Assembly: GCA_051252375.1 (NCBI GenBank) | Contig: JBPOFY010000011.1 | Location: forward strand, 32,001 to 96,000 | Source of the DNA: Opitutaceae bacterium | GTDB lineage: Bacteria > Verrucomicrobiota > Verrucomicrobiia > Opitutales > Coraliomargaritaceae | Direction: 5' to 3' | DNA: 64,000 nucleotides | Shown: piece by piece, positions 34,525 to 48,715 of the stretch | Numbering within the stretch: position 1 is the stretch's first letter | Layout of the letters: each line of letters begins with the position of its first letter | Translations under genes and position numbers: made by a program | Notes under the pieces: generated by a model | What the model saw: the letters and a program-made list of their open reading frames with translations, nothing else | Databases searched by the model: none | What the model was told of the DNA's origin: nothing

Positions 34525-35976
34525 ATGTCAGTTAGTATGACTGACCGCCGCATTCTATTTATTCTTAGCATCCTCATCTTCGGACACTCAGCTGGCTACG
34601 CCCAGCCCAACTTCATCTTCATCCTAACCGACGACCAGGACTGGACGGAGACTTCCGTGCAAATGCACCCCGACATCCCGTATTCGAAAAGCCAATACAT
34701 CCAGACACCCAACCTCGAAAAAATTGCCAGCGAAGGCATCATATTCTCCGACGCCTACGCCCCCTCGTCGGTTTGCGCTCCCACTAGAATCAGCCTACAA
34801 ACTGGAAAAAGCCCGGCACAACTGCACTGGACAAAGGCAGGCCCCGCAGTCACCACGCGAGACAACTACCCGCTCATCCCTAAACCTATACGCAGGGACA
34901 TTTCTTCAAGCGAAACCACCATCGCGGAAATGCTTAAAGGAGCCGGTTACGCCACTGCTCACTATGGAAAATGGCATCTCAGCGGAGGCGGACCCGAGGA
35001 GCATGGTTACGACGAATCAGACGGCAACACCGGCAACCAAGATGCCGCCCGCCACATAGCGCCCAACCCTGTCGACATCTTCGGCATAACTGAACGCGCC
35101 AGTGCTTTCATGGAAAAGCATACTAAAGCCGGCACCCCCTTCTTCATACAACTTTCACACAACGGGCTGCACTACCCGGAAAACTCTACTCCGGAGATGC
35201 TGCAGAAATACGCTAAGCTCATGGGGAAAAGCACCGATGATAGGCAAGTGCAACGCAGTGCCATGGCGGAACACTTAGACCAAGGCCTTGGCCTGATTAT
35301 GGAAAAAATTGATGCACTCGGCATTCGGGAAAACACTTACCTTATCTTCATGTCGGACAATGGCGGCACTGCTGGCGGGAAACGTGACAGAAGAATGAAC
35401 TCCACCAACACACGCCCATTGAACTCAGGCAAGGGCTCTGTCTTCGAAGGCGGCATACGCATCCCCCTCATCATACGCGGTCCAAACGTCCCAGCCGATA
35501 TTTACTCAGACAGTCGTGTCGTTGGCTTCGACCTCTTCCCCACTTTCTGCGCCCTCGCTGGCGTCAAGCAAGCACTTCCCGATGGCGTTGAAGGTGGTGA
35601 CATGACATCAATTCTTCACAGCGGCAAAGGTCAGGTCCAACGCCCGCGCGAAGCACTGATCTTCCACTTCCCGCACTATCAAGCCGACACACCTCACTCC
35701 GCCATTCTACTCGGCGACTACAAACTCATCAAATGGTATGAAGACGGCAAAGTGAAACTCTTCGACCTATCGAAAGACATCGGCGAAAGCAAAGACCTCT
35801 CCGAGCAGTTCCCCGAGAAGACCGCCGAATTACTCAAACAGCTCGAACAATATCTCGAAGAGATGGATGCACAGATCCCGGACATCAATCCAGACTACGA
35901 TCCCGCTAAGTCCTCGACTCCTCAACAAGGCAAGAAGGGGAAAGGGGAAAACAACCGCAAAGGCCCGAGTCGCTAG
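34525..35976 (+). CDS. Sulfatase (S1 family)
   Basis: Signal peptide, PNFIFILTDD, CAPTR (CxPxR), GKWHL, SDNG, EGGIRIP. Confidence 0.92.
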   Translation: MSVSMTDRRILFILSILIFGHSAGYAQPNFIFILTDDQDWTETSVQMHPDIPYSKSQYIQTPNLEKIASEGIIFSDAYAPSSVCAPTRISLQTGKSPAQLHWTKAGPAVTTRDNYPLIPKPIRRDISSSETTIAEMLKGAGYATAHYGKWHLSGGGPEEHGYDESDGNTGNQDAARHIAPNPVDIFGITERASAFMEKHTKAGTPFFIQLSHNGLHYPENSTPEMLQKYAKLMGKSTDDRQVQRSAMAEHLDQGLGLIMEKIDALGIRENTYLIFMSDNGGTAGGKRDRRMNSTNTRPLNSGKGSVFEGGIRIPLIIRGPNVPADIYSDSRVVGFDLFPTFCALAGVKQALPDGVEGGDMTSILHSGKGQVQRPREALIFHFPHYQADTPHSAILLGDYKLIKWYEDGKVKLFDLSKDIGESKDLSEQFPEKTAELLKQLEQYLEEMDAQIPDINPDYDPAKSSTPQQGKKGKGENNRKGPSR

Positions 35977-36003
35977 ATCCTAGAGGGTTGTGCTCTGTCG
36001 CAA

Positions 36004-37227
36004 TTATTCTGCGTTCGACGAAGGCAATCGAAAACGAAATACCGTATCTTTCCCTTCTCCGGACTCCACTTCCAGTTGAGACCCATGTTCCACCAAAAAC
36101 TGATGCACCAATTGTAGGCCCAGTCCGTGTCCTTGCTCGCCATCAGTGCCACAGGAACTTAAGGGGGAGACATTAGAGCGGATCATCTCCATCATCGAGA
36201 CTGGCATGCCATCACCACTATCGGTAACTGAAATCCACACATGCGTAGCGCCCTCTCGCTCGGCAGTAATCCGGATAACTCCGCCCGCGGGGGTAAACTT
36301 CAGTGCGTTGCTAGCTAAATTTCGAATAATCGTAGCGAGCATGGTAGCATCTGCCAACACGCTCACATCGGGGTCGATATCAATGGTAAATTCGATGCGC
36401 TTCTCCTTAAGACTTGCTGCCAATATCCCTACCGCGTTCTCCGCGAGCTCTCTGACCTGCACTGTTACAGGCATATAGGACATGCTACCAACTTCGAACT
36501 TCGACCAATCCATTAACTTTTCCAGCATAATGAAGGTCTCTGCGGACGACTTATGTAGCGTCGAAACAAGCTCACGAACCTCGGCAACAGAGAACGACTC
36601 AAGCTCGGTCTTCAATAATTCAGTAACACCGATCAGACCGTTAAAAGGAGAACGTAAGTCATGAGATACAATACGGAAAAATTCGTTTAAGCGCCGATTG
36701 ATGTCATCTAAATCATCATTACTTTTAGCCAACTTCTGATTCGCCAAACGTAACTCCAGAAGAGTCGACACTTGATTCGATAATACATTCAGCGCCTGTC
36801 GCTGCAATTGAGTCAATTTACGCGGTTCAACATCAATCACGCATAACGAACCCAACGGCAATCCGCTCTCCGTGACCAATGGCGCACCCGCATAAAACCG
36901 AATTCCAGGCGCTCCAGTGACCAATGGATTATCCACAAAGCGATCATCTTCTAGCGCATTTGAGATCTCTAGAATATCACTACCAAGGATGCCGTGCGCA
37001 CAAAATGAATATGCCCGCGGTGTTTCATCCGCATCCAAACCGACCTTCGCCTTGAACCACTGTCGCGATTCGTCGACCAATGAAACAAGCGCAATCGGCA
37101 CATCGCAAATTGATGCCACTAGAGAAACCAAGTCATCGTATTCTTTCTCTGCAGCAGTATCTAGAATACCCAGTTCTCGCAGCAGTCCTAAACGAGCTTC
37201 TTCTTGCGGATGTAAAACTGCTTTCAT
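36004..37227 (-). CDS. GAF-domain sensor histidine kinase (soluble, orphan)
   Basis: GAF (SLVD..RQWFK, FYAGAPL), H-box SHDLRSP, N-box NALKFT, G-boxes. Confidence 0.93.
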   Translation of the reverse strand: MKAVLHPQEEARLGLLRELGILDTAAEKEYDDLVSLVASICDVPIALVSLVDESRQWFKAKVGLDADETPRAYSFCAHGILGSDILEISNALEDDRFVDNPLVTGAPGIRFYAGAPLVTESGLPLGSLCVIDVEPRKLTQLQRQALNVLSNQVSTLLELRLANQKLAKSNDDLDDINRRLNEFFRIVSHDLRSPFNGLIGVTELLKTELESFSVAEVRELVSTLHKSSAETFIMLEKLMDWSKFEVGSMSYMPVTVQVRELAENAVGILAASLKEKRIEFTIDIDPDVSVLADATMLATIIRNLASNALKFTPAGGVIRITAEREGATHVWISVTDSGDGMPVSMMEMIRSNVSPLSSCGTDGEQGHGLGLQLVHQFLVEHGSQLEVESGEGKDTVFRFRLPSSNAE

Positions 37228-37300
37228 TATTTATCTAAAAGTATCTGACTTCTAATCAGACTTGTAGAATACTACAGACGCACCGACCTAGCACAAACAC

Positions 37301-37334
37301 AAAAAGCCCCGCGAGCGCTTAGCTGCGGGGCTTT
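37301..37334 (-). terminator. Intrinsic terminator after gpmI
   Basis: AAAGCCCCGC...GCGGGGCTTT stem with T5 on the minus strand. Confidence 0.8.
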
Positions 37335-37368
37335 GTAAATTATCTCGAAAAGCGAAACTCGTATCTCG

Positions 37369-38955
37369 CTACACGATCAAGCAATTGCCGGTCATCGCGG
37401 CGGGTTGCTCCAAGCCCATGAGCTTGAGAATCGTCGGAGCGATATCACCGAGGCAGCCTCCTTCGAGGAGCTTCGCATCTTTGTATTCACTACTGTAAAC
37501 AACGACTTCGACTGGATTCAAAGTGTGCGCGGTGTGCGGGCCACTTCTTTCGTGGCTCCAAAGTTGATCGGAGTTACCGTGGTCGGCTGTGATGACTGCT
37601 GAGCCGCCGACTTCGTCGATTGCAGCGAGCAGGTCAGCGACACAACCGTCAACCACTTCACAGGCTTCGATACAGGCTTTAATCACACCCGTGTGGCCGA
37701 CCATGTCGGGATTGGCGAAGTTGATCACCACGAGGCCATACTTACCGGACTTGATCGCAGCGACGGATGCATCGCGGATGCCGAAAGCGGACATCTCTGG
37801 CTTTTCGTCGTAAGTCACGCAGTCCTTACGGCTTGGCACGAGCTCGCGGTCTTCACCAGGGAACGGCTCTTCACGGTAGTCGTTGAAGAAGAAGGTGACG
37901 TGCGGGAACTTTTCAGTTTCGGCGCAACGGAACTGACCGATGCCCTTGTCTGCAATGTAGCCGCCAAGGATGTCTTCCATCTTCTCTGGCTTAAAGAAAA
38001 CGATGTTATCGCAGAGACCTTTTTGGTATTCGCTCAAAGTAGCGAAGTAGATGTCGAGCTTTGCGCCACGATCAAAACCATCGAAGTCGTCTTGGATGAA
38101 TGCACGAGTCAACTCACGTGGGCGGTCGCCGCGGAAGTTAAAGAAGATGACTGAGTCGCCATCGCCGATGAGACCGACAGGTTGACCATCTTCGCCTACA
38201 ATGGCAGATGGCGGGCAGAATTCGTCGCCCTTAGTGCCTTCGGTTTCAGGTGCGTCGTATTGCGCTTGGATAGCTTCAGCTGCGGATGCGAATGAGCGCT
38301 GAATGTTGCGGCCGGTGAGGCAGTCGTAAGCGCGTTGCACACGATCCCAGCGGTTGTCGCGATCCATCGCCCAGTAGCGGCCAGACACGGAAGCGATTTT
38401 GCCAATGCCGATCTTAGCCATTTCGGCTTCTGCTTCAGCGATGAAAGTTTTGCCAGTGAATGGACCTGTGTCACGACCATCAGTGAACGCATGCACGTAA
38501 ACTTCTGGCACGCCTTCTTCTTTGGCGATTCGCAGGAGACCGTAAAGGTGCTCCAGCATGGAGTGCACACCTGCGTCGGAGACGAGACCCATGAAGTGCA
38601 GGGCCTTGCCGTTGGTCTTTACATTGTCGAAAGCAGCTTTGAGCGTCGGGCTTTGTTTTACGGAGCCAGTCTCGATGCCTTTATTAATACGAACGAGCTC
38701 CTGGTCGACCACACGGCCAGCGCCGATATTTTGGTGACCCACTTCAGAGTTGCCCATGACACCTTCCGGCAAACCCACTGCGAGGCCGCAGGCGGCAATC
38801 TCGGTGCGTGGATACTCCGCGGTCAAACGATCCGCAACCGGAGTGTTCGCAAGCTTAACGGCGTTGTAGGCGTCGTAGGACGCATCGTGATTTTCACCCC
38901 ATCCATCGCGGATGATGAGGACGACTGGCTTTTGTTTTTCAGACATGTTTTGCAT
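37369..38955 (-). CDS. gpmI: 2,3-bisphosphoglycerate-independent phosphoglycerate mutase
   Basis: [37 protein letters not shown]. Confidence 0.97.
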   Translation of the reverse strand: MQNMSEKQKPVVLIIRDGWGENHDASYDAYNAVKLANTPVADRLTAEYPRTEIAACGLAVGLPEGVMGNSEVGHQNIGAGRVVDQELVRINKGIETGSVKQSPTLKAAFDNVKTNGKALHFMGLVSDAGVHSMLEHLYGLLRIAKEEGVPEVYVHAFTDGRDTGPFTGKTFIAEAEAEMAKIGIGKIASVSGRYWAMDRDNRWDRVQRAYDCLTGRNIQRSFASAAEAIQAQYDAPETEGTKGDEFCPPSAIVGEDGQPVGLIGDGDSVIFFNFRGDRPRELTRAFIQDDFDGFDRGAKLDIYFATLSEYQKGLCDNIVFFKPEKMEDILGGYIADKGIGQFRCAETEKFPHVTFFFNDYREEPFPGEDRELVPSRKDCVTYDEKPEMSAFGIRDASVAAIKSGKYGLVVINFANPDMVGHTGVIKACIEACEVVDGCVADLLAAIDEVGGSAVITADHGNSDQLWSHERSGPHTAHTLNPVEVVVYSSEYKDAKLLEGGCLGDIAPTILKLMGLEQPAAMTGNCLIV

Positions 38956-38986
38956 TAGAAATTAGCTATGACCGCTTAGGCATTGA

Positions 38987-40003
38987 TTAAAAGAGATACC
39001 CAAGCTGAGAAAGTGAAGAGACCGAGAGAATCGCCACGTAGAGGAAAATCAAGAACACACCTTCTTTACGAGATACGGTATGACCACTTTTAAAGATCCA
39101 CAGTAGGAACGCTGTCAGTGCAATCAGCGCAGGGAACTCGAAATAAAACAACGAGGTCGCCACCGGAATCGGAATGATCGTCGCCACTCCCCCGCCAATA
39201 AGAAGGATGTTAAAGAGATTGGAGCCGACAATGTTACCCGCGCAGATGTCCGCATGACCAGAACGTGCGGCAGCAATAGAAGCCGCCAGTTCGGGCAAGC
39301 TTGTGCCCAGCGCAACGATGGTCAAACCGATCAAGGTATCACTCACCCCCATGCGACCAGCGAGCTCGACACTACTACCGACCAATATATCTGCACCCAG
39401 CGCCAGAAGCACTCCGCCTAAAACAATCAAGCCTAAGCCTAATGAGGTCGGGCGCCCGGCATTTCCCTGGATCTCTTCGGTAAACTCATTTGCCACCTCA
39501 GCCGACTCATCCTTCGCACCACGGACGACGTAAATCAGGTAAACAACCATGATTCCCAGCATAATGATGCCCTCGATTCGGGAAAAGCCCCCGATGGCAA
39601 ATATACTGAATAGCACAGTGACACCAATCAGGATAGGCACCTCACGCCGTATCAGACGCATCTGCACTGCGAGCGGCGCAATGATGGCAGTCACGCCCAA
39701 AATGAGGCCGATATTGGCCACATTGCTGCCGAGAATATTGCCAAGAGCCAATCCGGGACTGTCTTTGGCGGCCAAGAGCGAGGTCATCATTTCAGGCATC
39801 GACGTGGCAATCGACACAATCGTGAGACCGACGACGACCGGATTGATCTTCAAATTCACCGAAACCGTCGCTGCACCCGCAGTCAGCCAGTCCCCGCCAA
39901 AGGCCAAAGCCGTAAGACCCAACACCAAGAGCAGCGCAAGCCACAAAAGCGCGAGGTCGGGATACGGTATACTGATCAGTGCGAGTGTCATAAAAATTTG
40001 CAA
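38987..40003 (-). CDS. Calcium/sodium antiporter (YrbG-like)
   Basis: Two alpha repeats: ATSMPE...GNILGSN and GTSLPE...GNIVGSN. Confidence 0.92.
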   Translation of the reverse strand: MQIFMTLALISIPYPDLALLWLALLLVLGLTALAFGGDWLTAGAATVSVNLKINPVVVGLTIVSIATSMPEMMTSLLAAKDSPGLALGNILGSNVANIGLILGVTAIIAPLAVQMRLIRREVPILIGVTVLFSIFAIGGFSRIEGIIMLGIMVVYLIYVVRGAKDESAEVANEFTEEIQGNAGRPTSLGLGLIVLGGVLLALGADILVGSSVELAGRMGVSDTLIGLTIVALGTSLPELAASIAAARSGHADICAGNIVGSNLFNILLIGGGVATIIPIPVATSLFYFEFPALIALTAFLLWIFKSGHTVSRKEGVFLIFLYVAILSVSSLSQLGYLF

Positions 40004-40143
40004 TCAGGCGACAATTGACGCGCTGAGAAGGTCAGTCCTAAGAAGGAGCAAAGCCTCGTATCTGCGAGAAAATTCTGAGTGCTTGACTTGGTAAACCAAA
40101 AAACCACACTGCCGCGCTTTTATCAGCCCTAGGCTCTAAAACC

Positions 40144-42972
<2,829 letters not shown>

Positions 42973-42995
42973 TCCCCAATCCCCTTTCAATCGAA

Positions 42996-43988
42996 ATGAC
43001 TAAGAAAAAGACAACCGTGAAGAAAGCTGCCAAAAAAACCACCGCCAAGAAAGTCGTGGCTAAGAAGGCAGTCAAAAAGGTAGCCGCTAAAAAGACGGCC
43101 AAGAAGACCGTTAAAAAAGTCGCCACTGCAAAACCGGCAAAAAAGACAGCGGTTAAAAAAGTCGTCAGCAAAAAAGCCGTTAAAAAGGTCGGCACTAAAA
43201 AGACGGTCAAGCAAGCTGCAACAACAGTAGCGACCAAGCCGACCGCAAACAAAGCAGTCGTCGCTCGCTCCGGAGTCACTTCAAATAGTGACGACAAGAA
43301 AGCTACTCCGATCGTCTTTTCGCTCGATGACGTCGAAGCACTCATGGCGACCAAGAAGAAGGAAGAAAAGGTCACCCCAAAAGCACCTGCCGCGAAGAAA
43401 GCTGCTCCAGTTAAAAAGAAGGTCGTCGAAGTCGATACTCCTGTAGAGAAACGTGTCCTCGGTGCCGCTTCACTCGCAGACATTTTGGGATTCAATCCCG
43501 CGGAAAAGAAAAAGAGCCCATTAGAAGAGGACGATGTCCCTAAGAAGTGGAAAAAATTCTACAAGCTCCTACTCGATCTACGCGCACACGTTCGCGACGA
43601 GTTAGACCTGCACACTGCCGACACACTCAAGCACTCTGCCCGCGAAGACTCTGATATCTCAGGCTATGGTAACCACCAAGCCGATGCCGCTACGGACGCT
43701 TTCGACCGCGACTTCGCCTTAAGCCTCGTTTCCAATGAGCAAGATGCGCTGAACGAAATCGAAGAAGCCATCCAACGTATCAAGAACGGCAGCTACGGCA
43801 TTTGTGAAGTGACCGGTAAAGCCATTCCAAAAGAACGTCTCAGTGCTGTGCCGTTCGCACGATTCTCAGTCCAAGGACAATCCGAATACGAAAAGAACAA
43901 GCGCCGAAAAATCAACCGCGATGCTGGCGGCCTCTTCGGCGATGGCACCGATGCGCCCAAAATCGCATCGGATGACGACGACGAGTAA
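42996..43988 (+). CDS. TraR/DksA family regulator with a long histone-H1-like Lys/Ala-rich N-terminus
   Basis: About 90 aa of KKAAKK/KKVA repeats; C-terminal HQADAA...IEEAIQRI..GSYGICEVTG..I..ERL.AVP. Confidence 0.88.
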   Translation: MTKKKTTVKKAAKKTTAKKVVAKKAVKKVAAKKTAKKTVKKVATAKPAKKTAVKKVVSKKAVKKVGTKKTVKQAATTVATKPTANKAVVARSGVTSNSDDKKATPIVFSLDDVEALMATKKKEEKVTPKAPAAKKAAPVKKKVVEVDTPVEKRVLGAASLADILGFNPAEKKKSPLEEDDVPKKWKKFYKLLLDLRAHVRDELDLHTADTLKHSAREDSDISGYGNHQADAATDAFDRDFALSLVSNEQDALNEIEEAIQRIKNGSYGICEVTGKAIPKERLSAVPFARFSVQGQSEYEKNKRRKINRDAGGLFGDGTDAPKIASDDDDE

Positions 43989-44091
43989 AATCGGCGCTGT
44001 CTTAATCTGACTCCAAATCCAAACCAGTTGAACTCTCTCTAGTTGAACGACGTTCACTGATGACGATGACGACGAGTAAGATTAAAACCAA

Positions 44092-44652
44092 ATGAAACCT
44101 TCCGAGAAATTCAGTGCCTACAAACTGCTGTTCGTTGTTTCGACCATTGTCTTTGTGCTCGATCAGCTGACGAAGACCTGGATTTTTAACCATCCGAATC
44201 TGCCGCTCGACAGTTACTTCTTTCCGGATTCGATCGAAGTCATTAAAGACTTTTTCTACATCGTCCATATCGGCAATGAAGGCGCCGCATGGGGTATGTT
44301 TAGCGGCTATGGTGGCTTCTTGGCACTCTTCGCATTTGTTGCCCTATTCGCGATTTATAAAATGCGCCACAGCTTAGAGCTCCACCGCAAGTCCATGCAG
44401 TTCGCATTCGGGCTACTCATCGGCGGCGTGCTGGGCAATATGGTGGATCGGCTGATTCACGGACATGTTATCGACTTCCTCGATTTCCATTTTCCGTTCT
44501 CCGTCCCCTACCTCATGCCTGACGGACGCTACCCGGCCTTCAACATCGCAGACTGCGGCATCGTTGTCGGTGTATTCACCTACATCACACTGAGCTTTTT
44601 CTCAAAGCCACTAGTCACGGACGCAGGCGAAGCAGAAGATAGCGGGAGTTGA
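44092..44652 (+). CDS. lspA: Lipoprotein signal peptidase II
   Basis: DQLTK, NEGAAWG, GNMVDRL..GHVIDF, FNIAD. Confidence 0.95.
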   Translation: MKPSEKFSAYKLLFVVSTIVFVLDQLTKTWIFNHPNLPLDSYFFPDSIEVIKDFFYIVHIGNEGAAWGMFSGYGGFLALFAFVALFAIYKMRHSLELHRKSMQFAFGLLIGGVLGNMVDRLIHGHVIDFLDFHFPFSVPYLMPDGRYPAFNIADCGIVVGVFTYITLSFFSKPLVTDAGEAEDSGS

Positions 44653-44680
44653 TTGACGCCCGACTAGCCTCGGATGAACA

Positions 44681-45385
44681 TCATACGTCAGCTTCGGAAT
44701 TCATCAGGTAGCTCTGATGACGCTGCAGTTGCTGCTCCAAAGAGGACGCCACCACAACTGAAGTCGCGAAGAACATAATCACCGCATTCGAAATCGCATC
44801 GCTACTAACTGAAGACTGCACCCGTTTCGAAAAGTCACGGTTCAGCCCTTCAAGCACATCATACAATTCTTTCAAGTGGATCAGCTTCCAATCAGGCTCT
44901 TCACCTTGAAGCTGCTTGAAGTATTGTTTGATCAAATACGAGCCCACGGTGCGATGCAGTGTTTCACGGGTAGAACAGAATGGGATATGGAAACTCGCCA
45001 TGGCTTGAAGATCTTTCAAAACCGGACAGCCGCTAGTCGCCATCAAGAGTCCCATCAGTGAATTCAATCCCACCTGTAGGTCGCACTCTTCAAAATAATT
45101 CCTTTCCTCAGTTGTCACGGTCACCTTCACCCGCTCGGTGGATTGATTGTCCGCAAACGAAGTCATCACTTCATTCATACGCACTGCCACCGGGCAATAA
45201 GCGCAGTCCGCTTCCTTCAACGGGCAACAGGCACATTGCTTATTCTTTAAAAGAGCCCATTCAGGATGATCGCCGTCATTCTGAATATCACGCGCTTGTG
45301 TCCCGACCTCAAAACTCACCTCACGGTCCGCGAGTTCAAAGTGGTAACCGACTGTGCCAGTCTTCATGTGTAGTATCCAAACCAA
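44681..45385 (-). CDS. Cys-rich hypothetical protein (DUF6901-like)
   Basis: PEWALL...QCACCPL...YCPVA, LMATSGCP, FHIPF; family name from recall only; start may be 45367. Confidence 0.7.
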   Translation of the reverse strand: MVWILHMKTGTVGYHFELADREVSFEVGTQARDIQNDGDHPEWALLKNKQCACCPLKEADCAYCPVAVRMNEVMTSFADNQSTERVKVTVTTEERNYFEECDLQVGLNSLMGLLMATSGCPVLKDLQAMASFHIPFCSTRETLHRTVGSYLIKQYFKQLQGEEPDWKLIHLKELYDVLEGLNRDFSKRVQSSVSSDAISNAVIMFFATSVVVASSLEQQLQRHQSYLMNSEADV

Positions 45386-45438
45386 TCCACAACCAAAGGT
45401 CTAGGAGGAATGCACCACTACTTACAATTTACTCTCCT

Positions 45439-46656
45439 TTAGCGGCCTCGACGAATGTCAGAACCCTTATACTGCACACGCACACGATAAATTCGCTTAA
45501 TGCGTGTCTTGATTTTGAAGGTCTTCGGGTCGATCGACTCAGGCACTTCTTCACGCTGTAAATCGATAATCGCATGGTAGCCACGCTCAGAGAAAATATC
45601 GATCATCATACTCAACGCATCAGGGTCGTGCAGCACGGTGCTCTCGGTATTCACCACCGACATACCCGAGATCGCATGGCGCATAATGATCGGCATGAAG
45701 TCCAGTTGGATCAAAGCAATGACTTTCTCAAATAACTCAGACTGGCGCTGCTGATACGAATCCAAGCGATCCACCAAATCCTGACGAGCATGCTTCGAAA
45801 GCGAACTCGCCACAGGAATACGGGAAAGAAGGTCGTAAGTCGCTTCGTCCAACTCCAGAGAGCCCTGGTAGCGCAATTCTTTGTCAATACGTGCGCGCAC
45901 CTCTTCAACTGGGCCATGCGCATTGATGAAATGATAGAAGAAAATCTCACGAAGGTCTTTCAACGCACCGTAGGTTTTCTCCTTAAAGGTGCGGTAACGA
46001 TTGAGTGCGGCTTCTGGGTTCAAGTCGGTCGCACGCAAATCCATGATCTCACCAACACCCGACTCCTTAACTTCTTCATTATGCGCCTGCGCCTGCACAC
46101 CTCGGTAGAGCTGACGACGCACACTCTCCTTCTCATCGACAAAGAGCACGACGATATGAAAGTGCGGTTTCTTGAAATGCTCTGAGTAAAGGGTGTCGCG
46201 ATACTTGTTACGCAGCTCGACCAACTTAGTGAAGAGTAACTTCACGCACTCAACCTGCACCTTGGTGCGGGGAAAGCCATCGACGACAGCACCGCTTTTA
46301 TACACCGGGTCCAACAGCTTACGCAGCATGATTTCGATCACTTCGCGGTCACCGACTAGCATACCAGCGTCCTTCATTTTTTCAGCCTCGGGGCTCTGCA
46401 ATAAAGAGCTCACAACCAGCGGCGGAGCCGTCAAATCGCGATACTGCATGATGAAGTCGGTATTCGTTCCTTTACCTGCGCCCGGGGCACCATTCAGCCA
46501 GAAAATTTCCTTCGGGAAACGCAGATACTCTTCGCCAAACTCTGTTTCCAAGCTCGACCAGACGGAGCTGAAGATGATCTGAGCATCCTTCACCTCTAAG
46601 TCCTGAACCTGTTTAGGATCGTTCTCTTTGATAGTTTCGTCGGTCTGCTCAGGCAT
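45439..46656 (-). CDS. Adenylate kinase-like nucleoside monophosphate kinase with N- and C-terminal extensions
   Basis: P-loop GAPGAGKGT and DGFPRT motif in a 405-aa protein. Confidence 0.85.
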   Translation of the reverse strand: MPEQTDETIKENDPKQVQDLEVKDAQIIFSSVWSSLETEFGEEYLRFPKEIFWLNGAPGAGKGTNTDFIMQYRDLTAPPLVVSSLLQSPEAEKMKDAGMLVGDREVIEIMLRKLLDPVYKSGAVVDGFPRTKVQVECVKLLFTKLVELRNKYRDTLYSEHFKKPHFHIVVLFVDEKESVRRQLYRGVQAQAHNEEVKESGVGEIMDLRATDLNPEAALNRYRTFKEKTYGALKDLREIFFYHFINAHGPVEEVRARIDKELRYQGSLELDEATYDLLSRIPVASSLSKHARQDLVDRLDSYQQRQSELFEKVIALIQLDFMPIIMRHAISGMSVVNTESTVLHDPDALSMMIDIFSERGYHAIIDLQREEVPESIDPKTFKIKTRIKRIYRVRVQYKGSDIRRGR

Positions 46657-46734
46657 CTTGGAAATGGGTCAATTGGTTAAAAGAAGTCAAAAGGATTGAA
46701 GTATCTCCAGAGTAACTTCAAGTCTGATTCCTCG

Positions 46735-48081
46735 TTAGTTTCCCTTAGTTGGCTTGAAGCGTAGACGGTGGACTAAAAAAACCAATGCCACCGAGCATAC
46801 GAAATACAGCGGGAACCACGTAATTGACTCCACAAAAACCAATTGCTGGGCGATTTCATCACTCATCCCATCGACTGGATCCTGCTTTGCCTTGATCGCC
46901 ACGATCAAACCGGAATACAGCATTGCAACCGCCCCATATGCGAAATTGGTCGAAAGCCCTCTGAAACTCAGGATCGTGGCACGTTGCTCGGAGGGTGCTG
47001 CCTCGTTTAAATAGCGACTGACGAAGAAACCCGTCATCTGAATAGATGCGTATAGGAAAACCGCTGGCAGGATACCCCAATATGGAATCGCCATCGCCAG
47101 ACCATACAGACCCACAAACACCGCCGCCACCAGCCAGAGGAAATTCTTCAACGGCGTGCCATGATCCGCCATATAGCGAGCCAGGCGCGGCACAAATACG
47201 CCCATCAGCGCCATTCCAGACCCAATCAATCCATAACTTGCGATCGGCAGATGAATCACGTTCCAATATTCACTCGCCAGTGTCAGGAACTGCCGAATCG
47301 CACTATCCAGAACCATCGCTGCGAGGATGATACCAAAAGGCAAGGAGGTGGCCCAAATCCAACGCGCACCAGCTAGCGATTGCTGCCACGACTGCGCCAA
47401 AGTTTCCCGCACAGTAAGTGATTTTTCATGCACGACCTCTTGCATGCGCAAAGCCATCCAGAGCACCACGAGCGAAGATAAAAAAGTCAGCACGATCGGC
47501 ACTTTAATCAACTGCGCCTGCTCCACACGAAATGCCGAACCTAGCGTCTTAAAGACCGCGTTCACCATATCCGGATCGTAACAAGCCGCACCGATCATCA
47601 TGGCAAAGAAAAAGGCCAACGAAGTATCACGCTGCACTCGCTCCAAAACGCGCCCCCAGCGGCTCTCGATGCCGGCCGCCTTCATCGAATCGTAAACCAA
47701 GGCCTCATCTGACCCACTCGCCGCCGCTTCAGCAGCTCCGCTAAGCACCCGATTGATTGCAAACAGCGCAAATAATAAAGTCCCGCCGCCAATAGGTGCC
47801 ACCAGCAACACGCCCATTTCGAGCACCATACACACGCCTGCCAAGATCAACAGATTTCGCCGACCGACCGTATCGGCCAATGCCCCCGAAGGCACTTCCA
47901 GCACGACAATCGTCACCGCCCAAAGCCCATTCAGCATGACAAACTGCGGGAGTGTTAAACCATAATCCAAAAACAATAAGGCATACACCGGATAGTAAAA
48001 CCGCGCCGAGAAAAACATCCGGAACAGAGTAAAATGGCGCACATTACGCAGCGCAGTATTTTCAAGATCAGTGGCACTCAT
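46735..48081 (-). CDS. MFS transporter
   Basis: EVPSGALADTVGRR (motif A), SGSDEALVYDS, about 12 TM segments; start moved to MSATD (48081). Confidence 0.88.
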   Translation of the reverse strand: MSATDLENTALRNVRHFTLFRMFFSARFYYPVYALLFLDYGLTLPQFVMLNGLWAVTIVVLEVPSGALADTVGRRNLLILAGVCMVLEMGVLLVAPIGGGTLLFALFAINRVLSGAAEAAASGSDEALVYDSMKAAGIESRWGRVLERVQRDTSLAFFFAMMIGAACYDPDMVNAVFKTLGSAFRVEQAQLIKVPIVLTFLSSLVVLWMALRMQEVVHEKSLTVRETLAQSWQQSLAGARWIWATSLPFGIILAAMVLDSAIRQFLTLASEYWNVIHLPIASYGLIGSGMALMGVFVPRLARYMADHGTPLKNFLWLVAAVFVGLYGLAMAIPYWGILPAVFLYASIQMTGFFVSRYLNEAAPSEQRATILSFRGLSTNFAYGAVAMLYSGLIVAIKAKQDPVDGMSDEIAQQLVFVESITWFPLYFVCSVALVFLVHRLRFKPTKGN

Positions 48082-48236
48082 GGTGATTCGAAATACGGGA
48101 TACTCGATACGAGCGGAGCGCAAAACAAAACGCCAATTCCCATCTCGCATCCCAACCACCAAATCCCCTATCTTAATCTCTACTAGATTCAACACTCACC
48201 TCTCACCCCTCACCTCTCACCTCTCCTTCTTCTCCC

Positions 48237-48689
48237 GTGCTCAAACACTTTCCCATTCATTGGCTCATCGCCCTCACTGCACTGCTCTTTGTCGGCTGCG
48301 AAGAAGAACCACTGCTCAAAGATTTCACCAGCGACGGTTGCTCCCTCTTCCCCGACCGTTCGCTGATCAGTTCAAAAGACTGGTGCGAGTGCTGCGTCGA
48401 GCACGACCTCGCTTATTGGCAAGGTGGCACCGAAGAACAACGCCTCAAAGCCGACGAACAGCTCCGTGCCTGCGTGCTAGCCAAAACGGACGACGCTCTC
48501 CTCGCCGACGCGATGTTCAAAGGCGTCCGTATGGGCGGCAGTCCCTGGTTCTACAATTGGTATCACTGGGGCTACGGCTGGACCGACGGCCGTAAATACC
48601 AAGCTCTCACACTCGAAGAACAACGCATGGTCAGCGACAAGCTAGTAGAATATTTCAAACAATCCGGCGGCACCAGCCCCTGCGATTGA
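48237..48689 (+). CDS. Small Cys-rich lipoprotein with a phospholipase A2-like CCxxHD motif
   Basis: Lipobox FVGC; FTSDGCS, WCECCVEHDLAYW, AD..L..CV. Confidence 0.7.
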   Translation: MLKHFPIHWLIALTALLFVGCEEEPLLKDFTSDGCSLFPDRSLISSKDWCECCVEHDLAYWQGGTEEQRLKADEQLRACVLAKTDDALLADAMFKGVRMGGSPWFYNWYHWGYGWTDGRKYQALTLEEQRMVSDKLVEYFKQSGGTSPCD

Positions 48690-48715
48690 TGAAGGGACAT
48701 GCCCCGGTCAAGCGA

